From the NCBI RefSeq assembly GCF_964355755.1, contig NC_092675.1:18696912-18760911 (forward strand): a DNA stretch of 64,000 nt, written 5' to 3'. This stretch comes from Antedon mediterranea (Eukaryota > Animalia > Echinodermata). The notes below the pieces were generated by a model that saw only the letters and a list, made by a program, of their open reading frames with translations, searched no databases and had not been told where the DNA came from. The translations under genes and the position numbers were made by a program. This document shows, in pieces, positions 1 to 12,953 of this stretch. Positions within the stretch are counted from its first letter, which is position 1, and the number at the start of each line of letters is the position of its first letter.

Positions 1-1639
1 ATGATTCGGTTACTATTTATGATCTATTCAGCATCACCCATGGGGTACGATCTCACGCCATAAGTCAGAATAAAATATAACTAAAGCACAGGTGTTGTAA
101 AATAATACTTCCTTCATATGTACAGGAAAATCTTTTTTTTTTTACAATTTTTTTCTACAGTCTTGACATAAAAAAGTCATCAAAATAATATTTGCTTTGT
201 GATATGATATGCGTATGTTCCAGATTATTATTGTGTACAATGTTACCATTGACAGTTCACCAATTTTGATATGTTTTGTAGTAATTCCATTTGGCACCAT
301 TACTTTCCAACTGTTTGGTTTTCCTATTTAAATTGTGTATATATATACATGTATACATATTATGGAACCTCCTTATTTTTCCAATTTATTCTGTGCTGCA
401 GAATATTCGTAAATATATAAACAATTTATCCCCAATTCAGACCTAACTGTCGAGGTGTTCATTTATGGAATCAAGTTTCTTCCTATAACAGGTTTCAAGT
501 CATCTCAAAAGGATCAAGTTTATGCATAGTTTCTTTTGAAGAAATCTCTGATAAATCAAAATTACGTGATGCATAATTCCTTCTATTGTTTACTTAATTT
601 AAGTTATGTTTTAATGTTACCTTTGTTTTCAATTTACTTACAACCATTGATTAAGTTTTTTTGTGAATAGTATTTGAATATTGCTTTATACAGTAAATAT
701 TTCATGGAGCAATACATGAACATGAAAATGCATGAAATGAAAAAGCACAAAATAATCCTGCTTTGATATAATATTGTCATTTCAAATTCTAGAAACAACA
801 TCTAGTCCATTTAAATATATCTCTTGAATATCTCCACTTTATTTATTTCGGTATAAAAAATATAAAATACATAGCGGTAAATGAGCTAAAATGCTTGCAT
901 TACAAATAAGACAAGACAGCTAACAAATTCATACAAAGAATCACGACAAACAGAATTTACAAAGTACTTTATATTGCACAAGTGGTATGGTTATGCATTG
1001 ATTATATTGGTATCTACATTAGCTGTATGTTACATAAACGAATCGATACAGAAATGTGGCATGATGCTCACAATAATGTAATGCGATAACATGATGTTTG
1101 TACTTATACAGTTTAAGTAACAATGCATATTAATACTATAAAAATTAATAGTATAATATAACTATTCATTATTATTATATTATAATCTTAGTAATCTTTA
1201 TGAATTTGAATTTACGCAATTCAATAAAAAGTAGTGCAATAGTCATATATATATTCATCAATTCCGCAGCGGCTTTGGATCAAAGGAGAAAAAAGTAAGA
1301 TGTTGGATAAAAATAAAAGAGATATGTAAAGACGTACGATTTGGCATTTAAGTGAGTTTATAAGCAACAGAACATTATACAAATGAAATAAGGCCGTAGT
1401 ATTTTTTAAAATTTATTTCCATATAGAGTTTGTCATTTTATCAAAGATTTTGATTCAAGAAGTAATGGAATACATTTACTTTGGGTTTATTCCTTACAAC
1501 GTGTCGTTAAGTATGCATCACGTACCATTGAAACTGAACAGAGTTCTATTGAATCCGTTTTTGAAAATCGATTAATTAAGTTAATTTGTTAATTTATAAT
1601 TAACACATTCTATATTCAACTCATCCCATGCATAATGTA

Positions 1640-1895
1640 TTTGAGGTGTTACGTAGCTTTAGACGTTACCATCATCTCTTGTACAAATAGGTTTCGTAAC
1701 AGCTTTTATCCAGCTGCCATTCGGGCACTGAATACGTATACCGTACGAGAGTGATGTGACACTTTGTAATTGTTTTTGTTAGTTTTTCAATTATCTGTTT
1801 TTGTATATCTCAGAGCAAACGTAATTCAATCTATATATATTTTATATGAAAATGGCAATAAATGGAAGTAATTTTCCACTGAATGAATAAATAAA
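1640..1895 (+). mobile_element. 5'-truncated LINE 3' fragment (CR1 group, Rex1/Babar-like C-terminus)
   Basis: From 1680 translates CTNRFRNSFYPAAIRALN, a typical ORF2 C-terminal motif. It is followed by a T-rich 3' UTR and an AATAAA/TGAA-type tail. Boundaries approximate. Confidence 0.6.
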
Positions 1896-2837
1896 CCTCA
1901 AAATAAACCCTAGTATTCCATTTAAATACTTCTTTGATTAAAATACATTAAAACATAACATTTTAGAAATTAAATTATTGTTATATCACATGCATTTAAT
2001 TAATACTCTCTCCAACCTCTTCATTGTTTTCTATATACTCTTACTCTTTTACTTCTTTTATAAAGGGCTAGTGTTGCCCGAAAGGTCTACTAATTTTCTG
2101 GCTGTTTTACTTTATTTATGTTTTTTTGGATTTACATTTTATTTTATTTCTGTTAAAGGAAAGTCTTTACACAGTGTTTAAGTTTGATTCTGACAATCGT
2201 TATCATTATGTTTACCTTGTATTCTTTGTATTTTCTGTATTTTTTATTGTGCCGAAATTTTGAAAATGAATCAAATAAAAAATTAAATATGTATGTATGT
2301 TGCAGTGTTTGAGTAATAAATTAGCAAGTGTTTTTGAAATAATAATTCAATAAAAGACAAAGTCTTGTTGTTTCTGATGGGCTCTTACGTCTAGAGATTA
2401 GTCAGTAGACAGAAAATCTGTCCTAATACCTGTCCATGACGCAAACAGACAAACTGGCCTGAAAAATCCAATTGATGTATGATATAGCTTTATACAAGAC
2501 CGATCTCTTTACATGTGAAGAATGATCTACTAAAAACAAATTATATATTTACTTAAAATAACAAGAAGAGCTTAAAAAAGAGCCATCAATTGTAATCAGA
2601 AAGGGGAGAAAGAACAGAATATTTGTTTGAGGACCCAATATAAGCAATTTTTAAAAACTTATTTTACGATTTGTTTTCGTTTTTGCGTATGAAAACGACA
2701 TTAAAACATACCAAAGTGTCTTAGGTAATAGAAGCCATTGCTTAAAGTATGATTTTTCATAGTTTTCTTATAGTCGGAAATCTATATACATAGTCGTGTG
2801 GCGTACAGGCTGCGTGATACACCTATTTTAGATAGCC

Positions 2838-2905
2838 AGTCGGCAAACTGGGATTCGGAAAACTGGAGTCGGCAAACTGGGTTTCGGCAAACTAACCAGA
2901 TACCG
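2838..2905. repeat. Short tandem array of ~14-15 bp TCGGCAAACTGG units, probably a DNA-transposon subterminal remnant
   Basis: agtcggcaaactggg / attcggaaaactgg / agtcggcaaactggg / tttcggcaaacta. Confidence 0.5.
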
Positions 2906-3845
2906 ATATCGCATACAAGAGATAAATGTGATGATTGTTGGCCCTGGAAACAAAAATAAATCTATTTATTTGTTCAAATAAATGCCAAATATAATTTTAT
3001 TTAAAGAAAATATAGAAAGAAAATAAGATATATAACCAACTGCATTACACAATTACAGTTATCAATTTAAACAAAATAGATAGATAATAAGATTTAGCAT
3101 TTCTTGCAATAACAATGTAGCCTCTGTATCTGTTTGTATGACCAAACTTAAATCATTTGGCTTAATGTGTCTTCCTCACACAATGTATTAGACTACTTTG
3201 ATGAATATCTTTTTAGTACCATCATGTTGTGTGAATAAATAAACTGAAACTTGAAATATGTATAAATCTCAAATATGAAAATACCACCGACAACACTAAT
3301 TAATCTAACAAATATCATAAAATGTGATTATAAAAATAGTTTGGTCCTATTAATCAATTTAAATTTTCTAACTTGAAATGTAGTTAATCCGATAAAAGAC
3401 TCACTGAATCTTGAAGAAACAGTATACTAAGTCAATGAATTGCGAAGTATGTGTACATTATAGTTACATTAATGATTTAGACATTTAATATTAACTACGA
3501 TGGCAACTGAATATAACATTATGCAGCGAAAGGTAGTACAAAAGGATGAAAATCTTCCTTCACTAAAACACTGTGATTAAAAGTTTATGATGGTTTTATT
3601 CAACACCTTAGTATTTGTAACCTGAGAAGATCGCTCTACAAGTAATCTATTTCACACAAAAAGAAATAAATTAATCAATACAATGACCGTTCAACGCAAT
3701 TAACAGTACACACATTTATACTGTTAAATAATATTTGTATATAAGTCATTAGCAGCAACATGAATAGGTGGAAGCAAAAATGTGTTATATTTAAGAACAT
3801 TCAGAGGCGCCTCTAAAAACATTTCCTTCGAAATTTATTTACGAC

Positions 3846-4009
3846 TAAAGCTCTGTCTACAATATCAAGCTTAGTTTGACACAAAAAAGTGTGATGTGCC
3901 CAAATATGGTAGTGATATGCGTATTTATGGTAGCGATATGACATCATCATGTCCATTGAGCACATCGGATTTTTGTAACATAAAGTTGGATGGTGTAGAC
4001 TGAACTTAA
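3846..4009 (+). mobile_element. MITE family A copy (TAAAGCTCTGTCTAC...GTAGACAGAGCTTTA termini)
   Basis: Terminal inverted repeats and internal CCCAAATATGGTAGTGATATG repeats are shared with the copies at 8939, 26595 and 56616. Confidence 0.75.
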
Positions 4010-4167
4010 GATTGCATCCTTTAGTTATATTTTATATTTATACGGTTAGTTTCATTATATCGCCCGGTTGGTGGTGTCACACACCGATCGCATTTTGCAT
4101 GGCTGGCGGCTCAAACATTTCACCCTTTTCTAAATCATCGCCATCCGCAACGCACGCTTGGGCTCAG

Positions 4168-5135
4168 TGGCAGTATTCATCAATCTCACTTAAGCTAAGG
4201 GAAATACTTACCCTTAAAATTTAAGAATTTCCTTTTAACAAAGGGAAACACTTAATGGGTATTCACAAATGAGTTAAGGGATTCACTTACCTAAAGAAAA
4301 CACTTAATTTAAGGGTAAAACTTAAGGGTAAAAATAATCATAAATATTCATGAGTTTCCCCATTGTCCAATCACAAAGGATTTAATTCCCCTATGGTCCA
4401 ATCACTTTCTTCTCTAAAACTAATTTGCATATTTAGAAAAAGAGTAAGGGGTTGGGGGACGGGGAGGATGAAGAGAAAAGTGTGTGGACGATGATCAATA
4501 AAAAGAAAATGGCAGTCAAAACAAAAACAAGTAAATGAATATTAGACCTAGACTAATTTGTATGAGGATCAAGCAAAATAGGTCTAGCCTAGATGCTACT
4601 AACAAACCAACATTCTGTCTGTATTGAGGCATATGCATCTCTACCTAGCCTACTAGTAGAATGGGGGCTAATTTCTATTAACAACGAAATGGGAAGCCAT
4701 CTTTCACGAAAATCCACTCAAAACAAAAAAATAAATGAATATGTAGGCCTAGATAGACTAATTTGTATAGTGAGGATCAGCAAAAAAGATCTAGGCCTAC
4801 TCGAACCAAACATGAATCCTAGGCTGGTTAGTGGGCACACCAACAGGGGGCCTAGCATCTCTACCTAGCCTAGACTGGGGCTATCTACAAGTAGGCATAG
4901 TACTCGTACATACAGAATCGTCAGCACAACCAAGGTACTGAATAGTTAAGGGAACTTTTAAGGGACCTCTGAGGTCCCTTAAAAGTTAAGGGGAAAATAG
5001 ACAAGGGTTTCCCTTAACCTTCAATCCTTTTTGAATACCACTTAAGTGAAACCTTAAAATATTTTCTTGATTTAAGGGAAATTCTTAGGATTTAAGGGAA
5101 ATATTTCACTTAAGTGTGATTGGTGAATACGGCCA
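4168..5135. mobile_element. Non-autonomous PIF/Harbinger-like DNA transposon
   Basis: TIR TGGCAGTATTCATCAATCTCACTTAAG versus reverse complement TGGCCGTATTCACCAATCACACTTAAG. 3-bp TSD CAG at 4165-4167 and 5136-5138. Many TTAAGGG subterminal motifs and an internal ~200-bp imperfect duplication (4520-4660 vs 4720-4880). Confidence 0.8.
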
Positions 5136-8100
5136 CAGGTTCTTAAAGTTTAATTCTTTTCCCACCCACCCTCCCACTTTATTTTATTTTAATTTGGCTT
5201 TTGTAGCATCCCAGTACTTTCTACTTAATCACTTATCCCTCGCACCCTGGGCGAGGGCAATATATACATTTTCTATTTTGCCGTGATCTGTGCTCACGCG
5301 ACTTTTCACAATAAATATTTATCCAAATCATTATATCATCTATATTTGTGTTTCATTCTCAGTCTCACACACACACACATACACACACGCATAGAGCAAG
5401 CCTGACTGCAAAATATAATTCTCATCATTTTCACATTAAAGCGCAAGAAATCCACCATAAATTATATCTTTGAAATACACTCAATTCCAAATTCAGTTGA
5501 AAATCAATCCTAGATCCAATGACGACCTAATAATAATGACGTCAAATTTTAAAATAACAAATAAAGTGTAAAAATACATGATGAAGGAACTTGTTTGATG
5601 TATAAAAGTATCTAACTCTTCTTTCAAAAGATGTGTAGCTTGTGTATAAACAGTTTAAATTTCTGTGGTTTTTGTATTTTTGTGTTTTAAGCATCAGGAA
5701 ATCAAATGAATGCCAATATTTTGTTTATGCCAATAAAGATTTATCTTATCTTATTTTAGTCTTTCCTTAATAAAGTACTGAAACGAATATCACTTAATTA
5801 ATAACGTACTCTTCTTCGAATCCATTAGAACCAGGGAAGAGTAAACTTGTGTTGCTCATTATCTGCAAACACGTAAACGGCATATAGGCATATAAATAAG
5901 CATATAAACATTATATTTTCTAAATTATTATGTAATAATTATTATTATGTAATTGGAAATGGTGAAAATAATTATTATTAATTTGAAACTTAAATATAAA
6001 AAAGCAAGTATAATATAAAGAACGTTTGCACAATACAGAACCATGAACAACATAATATAACACAATAGCTTTCTGAAAAGCCTTGCTGTTTAAAATTAAA
6101 ATCACAATGAGTTATGACGTTATTTGAACTAAGTTATAAATACGGGAAATGAAACCCAGTTTAAATAAGAGAGCAACTACTATATATAATACATAGAATG
6201 GTGTTTTCAAGACATGCATGTATGAAAATCAATTACCGGTTGTAAGTTCCGTCGTGTATGTTCATTCTTTATGGAAATAAAACCTTAGCATTTGGAATGG
6301 CATGTATCAAGTTTATATAAAATGTCAACATTTGAATAATCCCTTCTGTCAGTGTCAATGTTCATGTTGATTAATACAAGTTTTAAAAATAATCCATTCG
6401 ACTGTTTTAAAGCCATGGTTTAGATGATTCATTTTATTCGTTGTTTAACGCTCACGACAAACATTGAGACTTTCTTAATTTTTCAAATAATTATAGGCTT
6501 ATTTCGTCTGATTGAGACAATATGTGTTATTAAAACTGCAAACTGTTTTCAGAATGGAACCTACTTTTGATGTTATAAAAAGAAATACAAATGTATAGGC
6601 CTAAAAGGTTTCAATTATGATAAAATGCATACATAAAAATAGATGAACGTTCAGATAATATGTGTTTTCAAATGTGGATATACATCTAAACAATTAATTG
6701 GAAACTTCAAATATTCTTGCGAGTTTATTTAATCTCATCCTACAGCGATCAAAGTCGATCATTACAAGAATGATATGCATCAGAAATGGTATTGTTCGAG
6801 TGAAATACAAGTGCAAAGTTCTCGAGCACGTTTGTGCTGCTAAATTCTCTTACATACTATCACATGCGTGTCACGTTCTGTGATCATAACTTCGTATACT
6901 AATCTAACAACCAATATGTCATAGGGAAGTGTAGTTTACCATAAGTTGATCAAACTCTTCCAAAGTTAAATTATACAGCAAAATGACAAATTAAATACAT
7001 TTTTATTTTCCTGTTATCAGATTGACAAATCACACGGTGGTAACATTATTTATAACACTTAAAGACGTTTGCTATTAAATTTAATGATTAAAATACGATT
7101 ATTGACTCCTTCATGTCCTAATCCTACTCGCTAAGTTATTTCATTTCCACGAAATCTGTATGGACCAATAATCTCATAGTAACATATGCAATTTATTGTA
7201 ACATACTTGGCTTTTTATAAAAGATGGTTTGTCTGAAATACGTATGTGAACGACATGAATTTAACCAACGAATAATCACATTAGAAAGTTACAACATAAC
7301 ATTCCTCTAATAAGACATATAAATGGTTTCTTTCTGACGTGAATATGTCATTGTCTTTAAAAGGTCAAATAAAATTCAGGACATAAGTTTTGGGGATAAT
7401 TCACTTAGATAACTATAATGACAACGATTAAACATTATTATTATCGCCCAACCAATTATTTTCAAAGATTTTAAGGATTAGTAACAGCTTGATTTAGGCT
7501 AAATGTCCTCCGTCATTATTGCAGTGATTACTTTGAGTGGAGCTGGTTGTAGACGGCGATTTGGCTTCATACAACCATACCTTAAGAAAAACATTTTGGA
7601 CATGGCGTGTTAAAACTAAACTTAAGCTGTGTATTGATCACAGTCTAGGCAAATACGACGATGAATACGAGTTTCGCTACATTATTTGCCCACGGCAAAA
7701 GAAACAATAGCTATAGAGACTTATGACAAGTCTAGTGTGGCACTCTTTGTATTACCTGCAAATGAAACATGTGTATGTTGTTACTAATTATATCAATATG
7801 CTGCAACAAACTGGAATAAATCAGTTTAAAATTAATTCAATGAATGAAGAAGACATCAATCAGACCATGACCAATTAATCAGAACACTAATGATACTATC
7901 AATAGATTGACATCGCGTAACTCGACCATCCACGTGAAGAAAGTGATGCTACAATTTAATTAATGGAATATGGGCTATCAACATTACACGCGTTGTCTCA
8001 AACAGGGAATCAGACACACTTTTCCTGTGTAATAATACAGAATGTAATAATAGCGGTAGGCTGCTGAATATAGGCGCGATCTAAATTTTGTTCTGTAGGT

Positions 8101-8938
8101 CTACGACACAAAGTGTACACGAAAAAGAATAGACAGATTATATCAATTTTTAAAACGGCTGTCAAATGATGAAATCTCAAACCGTCTCGAAATCAAAATC
8201 TCTGAACTGACAAGTTGATGATAATTTATTTATTTATTTTATTGATGAAACCAGGAGATTTTGACTGGGAAAATCCGTAAAGTTAAGTCTACTTATGCAT
8301 CATTGTCGGTAGTCAAGTTGTCCACAATCATTCTTGTTAGATATTAGAATTGAAGCTACTGGCTGTAAATTCATACCAACACGCCTACGATTTGAATTCA
8401 ATTTAGATCAATATTTATCTCAGTGTATTTATAGAATAACATCTAATAGTATAGTGGAATTATATCACACACCTACAACGTTCTAAATCACTCCAATATA
8501 AGGAAAGATAGACTTTGTGAACAGTATTCCATGCTACTTGAAGATATTTGTGTTTTAAAAAATAAATTTGTATTTTTTTAAAATCCTAATTTTGCTGTTA
8601 ACCCATGTACACATGGTTGTTATATATTGAGGAAAATAATGGTTAAAACATTGAAAATCAAAACATACCTTACTTTTTGTATGCATTGATATCCACACTT
8701 TGTGCAGATACAACGGTGGGATTGTTTAACATAAAGATATTGTAGACATCAATTATTTACTAAGATAAGATAAAGACAAACATAGGGCTATTCAATTTCA
8801 CCGTTTAAATAGACTGTAGGCCTATGAGAGTAATTGATATTGAACCTAATGCTGGTCATCAGTGTAATGTCCACACATTTTTCAGTTGCTAAGATGAAAC
8901 AGTATTGTGAGTCGAAAATAAATTGCTAACACCGTATT

Positions 8939-9109
8939 TAAAGCTCTGTCTACACTATCAAACCAGTTTGACACAAAAGGTGTATGTGCATACTATGGTA
9001 GTAAAATGCCAAAATATGGTAGTGATATGCCCAAATATGGTAGTGATATGACATCATCATGTCCATATATAGATAGATTTTGTCACATAATAATGTAGAC
9101 AGAGCTTTA
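8939..9109 (+). mobile_element. MITE family A copy
   Basis: TAAAGCTCTGTCTACA...TGTAGACAGAGCTTTA perfect terminal inverted repeat. Confidence 0.85.
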
Positions 9110-10490
9110 TACAAGATCCTCTTTCCACTGTCGTTATTGTCGTTAGTAGTTAAACTGAGATTTGATTTTTAAAAACAGTTAAAGGGGGAATAAAAGGTTT
9201 ACAACGGCACAACGAAGATACAAAATATATTCACAATTTGTCGGGTCAATAAAATACCTTTAAAGAAAATGTAAATTCCCATTGGCATATACCATTGTTA
9301 TTCTCATGACTGATCCTGTTTCAAACAAGGCAATACTCAAGCTAGTATAGGTTCTAGACGGAGTTTGACTTAATATTAGTAAAAAGATAAATATTTTGGC
9401 ATGGCGTTTCATACGTATATTACTTGCAATCGTAAATTTTCAGAAAAAATAACTACAGACTTGGGGCAATGATCTATAATCAAGTATGTCTTTAAAACTA
9501 TCGGTACAATTATAAGGACGCTAAGAAATGATTTTCAAATTTAAATTGTTACAATTTGTTTACCTACAGTATGTGATGGAATTAACTAATATACCACTGA
9601 CGGTGTTGAAAACATCATTTCCAGCCAGACAGAATGACATTCCCAATGTTGTAATGTGTGAACATTAATTATCCTAGGTTTTATTCAAATTGAGTTTACA
9701 TTGAATCTATATTATCATTGAACTATCTATTCTATGATGAATCGTTACGTATTTTTCACCTTTCATGAATAGTCAGTGCGGTTACATTCAGTAATTTTTT
9801 TGTTTTTCTTTGCCTCCTCAGTAGTGTATTTCATTATAGTGATTTAGGTAAATTCTGCTTATTCTGTTTAAAATGTACGGTGGCTTCAATTGTATGTAGT
9901 TTACTTTTAGTAAGATGTCTTTTTTAACGTCTATAACCAGTCACAATGTTGCATTGAGCAATGTTTTTAGAGATTTCTTCTAACTAACAAGTTGGCTTTT
10001 ATGCAAGTGTGCCAATCAATGTATGTTTGAGAGATGGGTGATAAGAAAGGGTTTGGTATGGGTCCTCATTCTTTTTGAAATATTACCTAGTTAATCAAAT
10101 GACGTCATGATCAATAAGAACAATGACAATCATATCTGCACGATATTATTGCTCTGACTAATCCGAAATTATTTGATTGGACGTGAGTATAACATATCAT
10201 TTTCATCAAAGGCAGCATAAATTATTACCCAATAGTTCTATACTGAAAACTTTTCTAATTTTTTTATGTAGAAAATGCATATCTATCTAGTTATCGTCGA
10301 TCGCTGTCAGAAATAGGAGGACTTTATGGAAAATTATGAAGTACAAACCAATGTACTTACTGCATACTTTACCGTTCACAAGTATGCAGTAAGTACACTG
10401 CAAGTTGAATGCAAGAAGTGAAATGACCCCAAAACCCTAAAATCTAAATATATATATGTTGTTAGTATCATTCATCAACAGTTCACAATG

Positions 10491-11070
10491 TACATATTTA
10501 GGCATAATTTGTAAAAATATTATTAATACAATGTACTGATGTTTAACCTGCTGTCACCTGATCTACAAAGCTTGTAATTTAGCCTTGAATAATTTACTAT
10601 TTGCATATTCCCGTTGAATATCGGGTAACAGAAAGATATTATCGATTTTGACGATTAACCGCAATGAAAATAATTATATATTAGAAATTATTTATTTTAT
10701 CGACGTAACATATGTAACTTACAGGTCAATACTAGGGCCAATATGTTAATATAATATAATTATATTTACAGTGTACATATTTAATTTGTAAAAATATTAT
10801 GTTTGTATAATATTAATACAATGTACTGATGTTTAACCTGCTGTATCTGATTTAGAATTGAATAATTTGTTTTACAATAATTTATTATTTGTATATCTTA
10901 GTTGAATATATCAGGTAACGGAAAGAAATTGTTTGATTTTGCATTTACGATGAATATCTATATCGATTTTGACGATTAACCTCAATTAAATAAGTATATG
11001 TTAGTAATTATTTATTTTATCAATGTAACATATTTAGCCTACAGATGCAGGTCAATACTAGGGCCAATAT
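10491..11070. repeat. Imperfect tandem duplication, ~280-300 bp unit x2
   Basis: Shared blocks aatttgtaaaaatattat, ttaatacaatgtactgatgtttaacctgctgt, atcgattttgacgattaacc and caggtcaatactagggccaatat occur in 10491-10745 and 10773-11070. Confidence 0.85.
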
Positions 11071-11124
11071 AGTAATATAAAGTGGTTTAAAACCGACACA
11101 AACATCACATGTTTACTAAAATTA

Positions 11125-11164
11125 CGTGTGGCCGAGCGGTTAAGAAAGTGGAACCGTAATTACA
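11125..11164 (+). mobile_element. 5' head of a tRNA-derived SINE (Pol III A box), interrupted by the Ngaro element
   Basis: TGGCCGAGCGGTTAAG (A box 11129-11139). The SINE continues at 17765 with the B box. Confidence 0.7.
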
Positions 11165-11519
11165 GCAAATTTGGGAAACTAAATTATAGTTTATACACAA
11201 TACCATCTGGAGTAACCCGGACTCCACTACAAGGACATTGAATATCAATAGATAATTATACCTACACTATAGTGACCTCAACAAGTGACAGTTGATGGAT
11301 GGGTTTGGTACTGCCTCCTTTAAGTCTACTTTTTAAGGAGAATTGGTATTTTACACAAGGTTACCGTACTAATAAATTAAACTTAAAAGACTAGGCGACA
11401 TATTTATAAAAACAGGTGTCCCTATCAAATAGATCAGATTGACTATACATAGTATAACAAACTGGACATGTATCATTGATGTTACAGCAACTCGCTAGCA
11501 TCAGTCAGATTTTATTTTC
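11165..11519 (+). repeat. Split direct repeat A1 (355 bp)
   Basis: GCAAATTTGGGAAAC...GATTTTATTTTC, identical by eye to 16971-17325. Confidence 0.95.
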
Positions 11520-11676
11520 TGCACATTAATTTACTTTCTTCTGCTACAGGATATATACTATATTTAACTCTGGACGCATATTTTACATAGGATTTTATTT
11601 AATTGATTATCATTTTCTTTGTGTTGCCTATTTTACTACGTTTTTTATACTCGGCGTTCAATTTATTGATTACAAA

Positions 11677-12953
11677 ATGGCACCTACCAGGACAACTACA
11701 AAGCGTTCTACTACGCCGTATGAAAGGGACACGCACAAGAACTGGACAATCGCAAAATTAAAGAGTGAACTTGTTAAGCGAGGTATATCATTCACACAAA
11801 ATGCTAAAAAAATGGCACTGATTCGCCTTTTGACGGAGTCAAATACTGGCTTTGAGGTGTCATCACCAGTTCCGGCTGAAAGTATTGAACCCGCTGAGGA
11901 ACAACAACAACAAACAAACAACAGAAACAATCGGGAACTAACGGAGTTGGTATCGAAGCTTTCTTCAACAGTTAAAAATCTGCAGGAAAATGTTTTCTAA
12001 CTTAACTCAAAGGGTAATTGACCTAGGGCATACTAGTGCCACGAATCCAGTACCACCGCCTACCAGTGGCACGCCTATTAATGCAAACTTTACAACAAAT
12101 GTCGTCGCTATAGAAGACGACACGCAAGGAACTTACACTGTCGACACGGCCCTCCAAGCATATAACGCTCCTGCGAACAACAATACCTCAAGGATGTTTA
12201 AAAAAAACAAGATTTGGATATTCCGCCGAATCTCTACCATTAGTGGAAACAATCTCTCCGGCAATCCGGCAACAGATCATTTCAGGTAGGGATGTTAATT
12301 TAGCATCAATAATGATTCTGTATTACTCTGGTCTATCCATCGAATCCAACAACAAGGATGGTGCAAATGCCCACACTAAAGATATAAGGTTAAACAAAAG
12401 CCTAAATATCGGGGAGTTCATATATGCCTTTGGCATTTATAAAAATATATTGTGCGGAGCTTATCCGCAACGTAGAAAGGAGTTAGACCAATATGAGAGG
12501 GACATTGTAGATATGGCGTCAAGATATCCCGGTAAGGGATTTTACAAATACCACAAACAGTTCAGTTTAACAGCAGCAGCACATTTGCGCTATAACAATA
12601 TTTTGGTCGATTGGTCCGTGAGAAACAACACACTGTTTTGCAACATATTCGCGAACAGTCGTCCCAATACTTGTTCAAAATGCAACAGCACCTTGCATTC
12701 AACGGCGTTCTGCTCTGAGGTGAATATATTTCAGGCGAAAAGTGCTGCTCCAAATAGCTACGCCAGTGACTTATACGGCAGGAAGCGCGTATTCCACAAC
12801 GGCGTAGAAATTTGCAATAACTTCAATGGGAACAGGGGCTGTCTCAGGCCAAGATGTAATAATCTACATGTTTGCCTAGACTGTAAAGGAGACCATGCAA
12901 AACATTTGTGTAGGCTCAGTGCCTCAAAAAACGGACAACGGCCCCACCCTTAA
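11677..12953 (+). pseudogene. Ngaro gag-like ORF1 with two frameshifts; N-terminal SAP/LEM-like helical motif and C-terminal Cys/His zinc fingers
   Basis: ORF pieces 11677-12000, 11990-12289 and 12243-12953 join across homopolymer indels (~11995 and ~12205). Motifs WTIAKLKSELVKRGI...KKMALIRLL, IISGRDVNLASI, CSKCNSTLH and CNNFN..C....C...HVC..C..DH. Confidence 0.8.

Noticed and set aside
11125-11164. Possible tRNA gene
   Set aside because: Only A/B boxes are tRNA-like, no cloverleaf is evident, and it continues into a SINE core and tail
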